From: Candidatus Saccharimonadota bacterium
GTDB lineage: Bacteria; Patescibacteriota; Microgenomatia; UBA1406; GWC2-37-13
Length of the DNA stretch: 32,000 bases
Assembly (NCBI GenBank): GCA_016700135.1
Contig: CP065004.1
Coordinates: 300,001-332,000, forward strand
Direction: 5' to 3'
Shown: positions 14,573-21,604 of the stretch, piece after piece
Numbering within the stretch: position 1 is the first letter of the stretch
Layout of the letters: each line of letters starts with the position of its first letter
The notes under the pieces: model-generated
Databases searched by the model: none
What the model was told of the DNA's origin: nothing
What the model saw: only the letters and a program-made list of their open reading frames with translations
Program-made: the position numbers and the translations under genes

Positions 14573-15640
14573 ATGGATTCTTCATCATTTGAAACAATGC
14601 GTGAAGAACAGCTTCAAGAACGTGAAAGCGCGGATGTCACAAATGCCGCCCATATCCTCGGCAAGACCATGGGTGTCTCTCTTGACGGGATTCCGAGCTT
14701 TATGAAGCCTCAGGAAATTCCCGGTTTGCCGAAACAACAGGAAGGGATACCTGCCGATCATGATTGTACTATATGTGCCGTCACGGCAGCCTGCGGATTT
14801 TTCAGTGAAGCACAAAAAAACGGAGGGAATAATCCGTTGATGAGACGATTACAGGCAGTTCAGGAACTGACAAAATCTAATCCGGATATTTTGAAAGGCC
14901 CCGACGCAGAGAGTCTTATCAGGGAGCGTATGGACGCATTAAAAATCCAACCGGAAACGGTTATAACTCCTTCTTCAGAAGTTACTCCGACGAAACAGGA
15001 GGCAGTAAAACCGGCTGCGTCCGTGATACCGGAACCCGTATCGATCGTGAAAGAGGCCTCCAAAGCACAAAATGAAATCCCCAACGTGAAACCTGTCGAA
15101 GCCGCCCCTCCTCCAATTGCAAAACCTGATCTGAAAACAACTGTCGCTCATTTTGAAGCAAAAGTCCAACCTACATTGTCAGTTGAAAAGCCAAATACAA
15201 TAGCATCTTTGCCACACGACCCTACCCCTGCGGAAACCGGAACCGTTCCTCCCACTGAAACTGCGCACCAATCAGCACCTCCCGCTGAACAATCCGTACC
15301 TTCTGCAGGAGATGCTCCTGTTGTAGGAGCATCTGAACATCAGAACAAACCAAATGAAAAATTGACAGAGAACACATTACTCAAAGAATCAGATGAACCA
15401 AAGAAAGAGACCCACCAACAAACTGGAGTGAAAGAGGTAGCAGTTTCTGAAACCTCAACTACAGCAGCAACTATCGACAAAACAGAACAACAATTTGAGG
15501 ATTTCCAACAATCTACATCGGAAGTACAGCAAACTAAGCATACGGCAAATCCTTCCGAGTATCCGCCCGAAACTCCCCACCAGGCGGGACAAACTGTAAA
15601 GGAAAAAGCAAAAGCCTCAAACGTATATGAAAGGCTCTAG
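14573..15640 (+). pseudogene. 5' fragment of an IS-disrupted gene for a ~900-aa acidic, Pro/Thr/Glu/Ser-rich protein
   Basis: The ORF runs into the IS left inverted repeat. There it gains two foreign codons (R, L) and stops at TAG 15638-15640. Confidence 0.8.
15626..15632. repeat. target-site duplication TATGAAA (left copy)
   Basis: Identical 7-mer immediately flanking each inverted repeat of the IS. Confidence 0.8.
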
Positions 15641-16347
15641 ACTAGCACATTAACAATTTGTAATAGTTCATTGTAAAGGATCGATGGGGATTTGCTCCAT
15701 CTCCATTCACACTCTTTCAAGTGTAATGGAAAGTTTTTCTTTACACCATTGAACTTAACGAGACGTCTTTTACAAAAGGACCAGAATGACTCTATGCCAT
15801 TGATATGGACCCCTTTTGTATTTGAGAACTCATTTTTCTTGTGATTGATTCTCAAATGTTTGTCATACCCGACATCAACAAGTCCGTTGTATCCGCTCCA
15901 CGAATCTGAATATACAGTACTGTTCAAGTCAATCTTTCCCTTCATAACAGCATGTAGCGTTCTTCTTTTACAGTTTGGAATGATACGAGTAAATACACGT
16001 CCTTGACGCTCATATATCCCAAATACTACCTGCTTAAATGACGTCCCACGACCTCTTTTACTTGACTTGCCTCTCATCCTTCGAGGTCCAAAGTATGATT
16101 CATCAATTTCTATCTCACCACCAACATATCGTTGCATCTGGTGCACTTGGTGATGATATATGAGTTGACGAATATTATTGTAATATTTGTTGACTGTATT
16201 GCGGTTGAGACCCAAAATACCAGAGGTCTGTGTAGCACTCAGATCGTGTGCAAAACACCATAGTATCTTTTTTCTCTTGTATTTTGATATCGGCCTATTG
16301 TTACAAACCATACCTCTAGTTTAGCACTACTCTGCTAGTCTAGAGCC
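15633..16347 (-). mobile_element. IS1595-family insertion sequence (small, IS1016-like size class), 715 bp
   Basis: Perfect 15-bp terminal inverted repeats: GGCTCTAGACTAGCA at 15633-15647 and its complement at 16333-16347. It has a single transposase ORF and 7-bp direct repeats. Confidence 0.9.
15637..16311 (-). CDS. IS1595-family (ISXO2-like DDE) transposase
   Basis: 224 aa. EIDESYFG, KRGRGT..K..VFGIYER.G.V, YSDSWSGYNGL, INH..NEF and HINGIESFWSF.KRRL are hallmark blocks of DDE_Tnp_IS1595. The stop codon lies inside the inverted repeat. Confidence 0.9.
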   Translation of the reverse strand: MVCNNRPISKYKRKKILWCFAHDLSATQTSGILGLNRNTVNKYYNNIRQLIYHHQVHQMQRYVGGEIEIDESYFGPRRMRGKSSKRGRGTSFKQVVFGIYERQGRVFTRIIPNCKRRTLHAVMKGKIDLNSTVYSDSWSGYNGLVDVGYDKHLRINHKKNEFSNTKGVHINGIESFWSFCKRRLVKFNGVKKNFPLHLKECEWRWSKSPSILYNELLQIVNVLV

Positions 16348-16354
16348 TATGAAA
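16348..16354. repeat. target-site duplication TATGAAA (right copy)
   Basis: See the left copy at 15626..15632. Confidence 0.8.
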
Positions 16355-17997
16355 TTACCAAGATCGATAAAACCGACATTGCTGAACTTCCGACATACAC
16401 AGCTAGGGAACATCAAAAACCGCCCGTGACGGAAACTTCTACTGAAGAAACACGAATGGAGATCCCAAGAGGTTTTGCTCAACCTGAGGAGTCACGGGTT
16501 TTTGGAGTAACTACCTCAACCAGGCTTGTTGCAGAACAAACGGATGTTCTTCCACAGATCTCCGAACCAGCCTCATACGTTCCGAAGGAATCTCTTCCCG
16601 ACGTCATGGAATCGGGATTTGTCATTCCCCAACCGTCGATTGAAATGCACATTGGGGATCATCCCGTCACGCCTGAGGAGTCTGCCATCAAACGACATAC
16701 CGGACAATCAGAAGACACTGCGGAGCAATTTTCATCACCTTCTGAAGTGCAACCGACTGATGTATCTGTCATAACGGACACGCCGAAAGAAAGGCTTCCA
16801 GAAAGCAACATCTCAACTCCCGTATCGGAAACTTCTCCGTTTGCAGCTGAAGAACAGTTCTCTTTCATGACAGTACCTGCCGAAGAGGCTGCTTCCACGG
16901 AAACAACACCGAATCAGACAGATACACCGAGCGGTTTTCAGGAATCTGTAATTACCGATTTTACCGAAAATGAGGAAAATTTATTGTCAGAACAAGCCCT
17001 TAACGCTGATACTCATATCCCGGATACTGAAACGTCAACAGTATCCCTAACACAAACGGAATCGGATGAACGAACAATTACTGCTGATTCAGAACTTATA
17101 CGAACAGACATTGCGGACTTACCGCCCAATACTGAAGTCATACTTGAAACGGGGCCCCAGGCTGTTTCTCTCACCGAGCAGACAATAACCCTTTTCTCAT
17201 ACAAAGATGCCCATAGAGAAGATAATAAAACTGAAGATTTAACCCCGGGAGTTTATCCCGAACATGGACTCTCACCAGTTGTTGATCTGCCTTACGTCCC
17301 TCTTGAATCCATTAACCTTACCCAACTGATTGAGTATGATGCTGCTGGTCTTGTCCAAAATACTTCTGATACCTCAGAAAAAGATCCTCAAGCTCACTTT
17401 AAGGTATATGAAGATTCAGAAGACGAGATCATATCTGAGCAGCCCGATAATCAGGAAATAATTCCGGGAATACCATTTCCTGAACCGTTTCCGCTTATTT
17501 TGAATACTGAGCAGGAAGTAGTTGATCAGATTTTCAGAGGGATTGAAGATCAAAACTACCAGGAAGAGCCAATCGGCGTTTTTGTACTCCCTATGGAAGA
17601 GTCTGTGTCCGATGAAAGCAGCTTCGTTGAAGATAATGTCCTCCCCGAAGTGATCGTATTTGTCTGGAATGAAGCACTTTTTGAAAATCTGACTATGCAT
17701 ATTGCTGAAATTAACGAAGTTATTGAAGATTTTGCCGTTGAAGAACAACTGGACGGGATGTTCTATATTCTTTTTGACAGTAACCCTGAAGTGGCCGACG
17801 AAGAATTGAAGAATGATACATTCGGCAAATATGACGACACCGTCATTCTCCTGTGGTATATCATCAAAATGATGGCGCTATTCGGACAGGCAATGCTTTA
17901 CATTGACCCGAGATCACTCATACCTGAATTTAAATATCCTTCACATAATATCGGATCTCTCCCGATTTCGGATCAAGAAGATCATATAAGTACGTAA
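16348..17997 (+). pseudogene. 3' fragment of the IS-disrupted acidic protein gene
   Basis: The frame is open from the right target duplication (TAT GAA ATT ACC ...) through the ORF-track GTG at 16426 to the stop at 17997. It is in phase with the 5' fragment once the IS and one duplication copy are removed. Confidence 0.8.
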
Positions 17998-18520
17998 TAT
18001 CTTCATCCCTGTGCCTGACACATCCCGAACTGCCCGGATCTTCTGATGATAATTTCTCAGGGTTTCCGGCTACTCCGTGAAGTCCGAAATATCCCGGTAA
18101 CTCCCAATTGCACTGTTCTCCTCCGCACTCCAGATACGGTGACGGTCCGAACGGTGCTTCAGACGGCGTCGGGACATCAAGTATCAAAAAATAAGGAGCA
18201 GTTTCAGGATTATTAGTCGACTCCATTTTGTCAGTCAGTACCCAGTACTCTCTCCCGACAAGGTCGGGAAGCGGTGTCGGTCGTTCACCGGGGATACCCG
18301 TTTTCACGGTGAATTTCCTTATGAGCTCACTTTCATGAATATCGCCCGGTTTCCCGAGATACAGATACTCAACATTTGATTTCCGATGAAGCAAAAACCA
18401 ATAAGCAGGCTTCATCACGTCTTTTTTTGCCTGAAACCGTGAAATGCTTTGAAATTGAGTTACGACAATACCGGTGAGAATAAGTGTGAGGACGCCCAGT
18501 ATAGGTATTACCTTTTTCAT
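17930..18520 (-). CDS. L,D-transpeptidase (YkuD domain), membrane-anchored
   Basis: GLHGVAGNPEKLSSEDPGSSGCVRHRDEDI matches the YkuD H...S.GC(I/V)R catalytic motif. An N-terminal TM helix follows MKKVIPILGV. The start at ATG 18520 lies 7 nt downstream of TGaTACAAT. Confidence 0.8.
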   Translation of the reverse strand: MKKVIPILGVLTLILTGIVVTQFQSISRFQAKKDVMKPAYWFLLHRKSNVEYLYLGKPGDIHESELIRKFTVKTGIPGERPTPLPDLVGREYWVLTDKMESTNNPETAPYFLILDVPTPSEAPFGPSPYLECGGEQCNWELPGYFGLHGVAGNPEKLSSEDPGSSGCVRHRDEDITYLYDLLDPKSGEIRYYVKDI

Positions 18521-18527
18521 ACATGCC

Positions 18528-18536
18528 ATTGTATCA
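18528..18536 (-). promoter_or_regulatory. extended -10 (TGaTACAAT) 7 nt before ATG 18520; leaderless-type promoter
   Basis: The reverse strand reads tTGaTACAATggcatgtATG. Confidence 0.55.
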
Positions 18537-18552
18537 AACGTTACGGTCTTTT

Positions 18553-18561
18553 TGCTAAAAT
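18553..18561 (+). promoter_or_regulatory. extended -10 (TGcTAAAAT) 5 nt before ATG 18567; leaderless-type promoter
   Basis: The sequence reads tTGcTAAAATacggcATG. It sits back-to-back with 18528..18536 in a 46-bp divergent region. Confidence 0.55.
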
Positions 18562-18566
18562 ACGGC

Positions 18567-19661
18567 ATGCGAAATACATTTCTCACAATTCTGGTATTGC
18601 TTGCGGGGAGCATTTCATTTGTCGTATTCAAAAGTAATGCAGGTATTCAGAAACTCACCGTCAAATCAGAGAGCAACCAGGAAATATCACCGTCACAGGA
18701 ACCTACCGGGATACCGGATCAGAAAGTATTGAAAAGCAATTACCATATCTATCAATCATTCAACAACTGCGGTCCCGCATCACTTTCCATGGCTCTTTCA
18801 CATTATTCTATCAATGCCTCTCAGGAAGAGCTCGGGAAAGCTCTTCGACCGTATCAAAACCCCGCAGGAGACAATGATGATAAATCAGTCACATTGGAAG
18901 AATTAGGGAATAAAGTAGTTGACTACAACCTTATTCCCTTTCACCGGCCGGACGGTGATATCGAGCTTTTGACCCGTCTGATTGCACTGGATCTGCCCGT
19001 CATAACGAGAACATGGCTTACGAAAGATGAAGATATCGGCCATTATCGGGTAGTCACGGGATATGACAAAACATCGGGAGAAATTATTCAGGATGACTCT
19101 TATCAGGGACCAAACAGAAGATATTCCTATGAAGAGTTTGATGAATTGTGGAGCAAATTCGGTTATGAATATCTAGTCCTTGTCCCACCGGAAAAGAAAA
19201 ACGAAGTTGAGAAAGCCCTCGGTGATGAAGTAGATAAAACCGTAGCATGGGAACACGCAAAACAAAAAGCACAGAAGATACTTGCAGAAAACCCAGATGA
19301 TACAACTGCCCGCTTTAATCTGTCCGTTGCGGAATATTATCTGGGGAATTATAAACAATCAGTCGAAGAATACGAAAAAGTACGTGACAGACTACCTTTT
19401 CGGACACTCTGGTATCAATCGGAGCCTATTCGCGCCTACTTTGAACTTCAGGCTTATGATAAGGTATTCTCAATTACTGACAATATACTGAAAAACCAGA
19501 ACCGGGCATATTCAGAACTGTATATCATCCGGGGAGATAGTTACATGAAACAAAATCAACCCAAATTAGCAAAGCAGGAATATGAAAAAGCGGCCTACTA
19601 CAATCAGAATTTACAGATTGCCGAAGACCGCCTCCAATCTCTTTCTGTTACTCAACAATAA
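18567..19661 (+). CDS. peptidase C39-like domain protein with C-terminal TPR repeats, membrane-anchored
   Basis: An N-terminal TM helix (MRNTFLTILVLLAGSISFVVF). NNCGPASLSMALSHY is the C39-like catalytic Cys region and GHYRVVTGYD the His region. The C-terminal repeats are TPR-like. Confidence 0.75.
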   Translation: MRNTFLTILVLLAGSISFVVFKSNAGIQKLTVKSESNQEISPSQEPTGIPDQKVLKSNYHIYQSFNNCGPASLSMALSHYSINASQEELGKALRPYQNPAGDNDDKSVTLEELGNKVVDYNLIPFHRPDGDIELLTRLIALDLPVITRTWLTKDEDIGHYRVVTGYDKTSGEIIQDDSYQGPNRRYSYEEFDELWSKFGYEYLVLVPPEKKNEVEKALGDEVDKTVAWEHAKQKAQKILAENPDDTTARFNLSVAEYYLGNYKQSVEEYEKVRDRLPFRTLWYQSEPIRAYFELQAYDKVFSITDNILKNQNRAYSELYIIRGDSYMKQNQPKLAKQEYEKAAYYNQNLQIAEDRLQSLSVTQQ

Positions 19662-20157
19662 GCGTACCGACCTGTCCCTGCGCACGATGTTCACCCACTG
19701 AACAGTAGTATTCGAAAGTGCCTTTCTCCGTGACTGTAAACTCTACCGTTCCCGTGTCGCCGTTCTGAACGACAGGCATTTTGACTCCGAGCTCATCAAT
19801 GACAAAATCATGCATCATACTGACACTGTTCATTACAATGCGTACTTTATCCCCTTGCTTTACCCGGATTTCATTCGGTTTGTAGTAAAAACTTCCCGCT
19901 TCCACTTCAACAATCTGTACCGCTTCTTCTGAAGTACCGGCAGCCGATTGCTCTCCCGATCCGGAAGTAGTTGTATCCGGGGCCATAGAGTCATCCGTCT
20001 GACTTTCTGTTTCCGTTGTCGTATCTGTGTTGACTGCCTGTGAATTCTGATTGTTCTGTGTCATAAAAATCCCGGCCGCAACGACTGCCACGATAATAAC
20101 GGCTCCGATAATAAGCATATTGCTATTCCCTTTCGGTGATTGTGCTGCCTGTTCCAT
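19648..20157 (-). CDS. membrane-anchored cupredoxin-domain protein
   Basis: A TM helix, a Thr/Ser/Asp-rich linker, then a cupredoxin fold with MHDFVIDE (His) and YYCSVGEHRAQGQVG (Cys, His). Gln sits where related proteins carry the axial Met. Confidence 0.75.
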   Translation of the reverse strand: MEQAAQSPKGNSNMLIIGAVIIVAVVAAGIFMTQNNQNSQAVNTDTTTETESQTDDSMAPDTTTSGSGEQSAAGTSEEAVQIVEVEAGSFYYKPNEIRVKQGDKVRIVMNSVSMMHDFVIDELGVKMPVVQNGDTGTVEFTVTEKGTFEYYCSVGEHRAQGQVGTLIVE

Positions 20158-20249
20158 AATAAAAAATAAAATTTTAATTTTGTCTCAATGACAGCAATAA
20201 TTGTGTCATAGATGCTTTATTTTGTAAAGTAGTTTCAAAAAGTAAAGTA

Positions 20250-20258
20250 TGATACAAT
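20250..20258 (+). promoter_or_regulatory. extended -10 (TGaTACAAT) 8 nt before ATG 20267
   Basis: The sequence reads aTGaTACAATggatacctATG. The ORF-track ATG at 20249 is part of this promoter element. Confidence 0.5.
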
Positions 20259-20266
20259 GGATACCT

Positions 20267-20560
20267 ATGGCAGAATGCAATGTAGAAAAGACTATCAGGA
20301 TAATCTCCGGTAAATGGACAACTTCAATTCTCTATCAGTTAATGTTGGGTAAGAAACGTTTCGGTGAACTTCAAAAGACCATGGACGGAATCAGTTCTAA
20401 AACTCTCACTGACCGGCTGCGAATGCTTGAAGGGAAGAAGCTGATTTCCAAAAAGGTCTATCCTGAAGTTCCTCTTCATGTTGAGTATTATCTTACAGAA
20501 AAAGGAGAAAAACTCAATAAAATATTTAATGCGATGGATGAATGGGGACGGGAAGTTTAA
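20267..20560 (+). CDS. HxlR-family transcriptional regulator
   Basis: CNVEKTIRIISGKWTTSILYQL..GKKRFGELQK...ISSKTLTDRLRMLE...YPEVPLHVEYYLTEKG is the canonical HxlR pattern. Confidence 0.85.
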   Translation: MAECNVEKTIRIISGKWTTSILYQLMLGKKRFGELQKTMDGISSKTLTDRLRMLEGKKLISKKVYPEVPLHVEYYLTEKGEKLNKIFNAMDEWGREV

Positions 20561-20575
20561 TCATCTTTCGCAACT

Positions 20576-21604
20576 ATGAAACGCTTTTTACCAATCACTA
20601 TCCTGATTATCGCTTTGATTGCCGGATACTTTTTTCTAAACCGGAAAGCTGAATCGAATCCTTTCACATCGATAAAGGAAGTAATCGCGACACCTACTCC
20701 TGTATCGTTTGTCGAACTTACCATCCCCTACCTCCGAGAACGTTCCTACACAAGTACTCTCGGAGAAAGAACCTTATTTGAAAACAACGGATCATATGAT
20801 TCGTACCTCACGTCGTATGACTCTGACGGGTTGAAAATCAACGGACTCCTCACAATACCGACAGGTGAAGAACCGGAGAACGGGTGGCCAGCCATCGTCT
20901 TTATTCACGGATATATTCCTCCCGCTCAGTATCAGACTACTGAAAAATATACTGATTACGTCAATTATCTCGCCAGAAACGGCTTTGTTGTTTTCAAAAT
21001 TGATTTACGCGGACACGGAGACTCAGAAGGTACACCCGGCGGAGCATATTATTCATCCGATTATGTCATCGACACCCTCAATGCGTATGCAGCACTCCGG
21101 AACACGGATTTTGTAGATCCTGAGTCAATTGGCCTTTGGGGGCACAGTATGGCCGGAAATGTAATTCTGAGAAGTATGGCTGCACGGCCTGATATTCCCG
21201 CCGCAGTAATCTGGGCAGGCGCAGTATATACCTATGAAGACATGAGAAGATACGGAATAAGCGACAGCAGTTATGTCCCGCCGCCATCGGGATCTCCTAC
21301 ACGACAGACAAGAAGGCGTATTTTTGAAAAGGTCGGTGAATTTTCACCTGACAATGAATTCTGGAAACAGGTCGCAGCAACAAATTATCTTGATGATATT
21401 AAGGGATCATTGCAAATACATCATGCCGTAAACGATGATGTCGTCAGTATCGAATACAGCAGAAATCTGCTCAAAGTGGCGGAAGGTACCGGTTTTTCCG
21501 TAGAAGTAATTGAGCATCCGTCAGGCGGTCATAATATTTCCGATCCCGGTTTTAGTGAAGCCATGCAGGAAACGGTAACCTTTTTTTCCGAACATCTTCG
21601 ATAG
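20576..21604 (+). CDS. alpha/beta hydrolase (S9 prolyl-oligopeptidase/dienelactone-hydrolase-like), N-terminal membrane anchor
   Basis: GLWGHSMAGNV is the GxSxG nucleophile elbow. A downstream Asp (HHAVNDDVV) and His (SGGHNI) complete a plausible triad. Confidence 0.75.
   Translation: MKRFLPITILIIALIAGYFFLNRKAESNPFTSIKEVIATPTPVSFVELTIPYLRERSYTSTLGERTLFENNGSYDSYLTSYDSDGLKINGLLTIPTGEEPENGWPAIVFIHGYIPPAQYQTTEKYTDYVNYLARNGFVVFKIDLRGHGDSEGTPGGAYYSSDYVIDTLNAYAALRNTDFVDPESIGLWGHSMAGNVILRSMAARPDIPAAVIWAGAVYTYEDMRRYGISDSSYVPPPSGSPTRQTRRRIFEKVGEFSPDNEFWKQVAATNYLDDIKGSLQIHHAVNDDVVSIEYSRNLLKVAEGTGFSVEVIEHPSGGHNISDPGFSEAMQETVTFFSEHLR

Noticed and set aside
18474-18631. Longer ORF-track N-terminal extensions: 18474 and 18631, and likewise 10296/10339, 27151, 6008, 20249, 13154, 13800 and 2629
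   Set aside because: The extensions would make divergent genes overlap at their 5' ends and would read through the -10 elements or hairpins identified here. Internal ATGs with promoter or RBS context were preferred.
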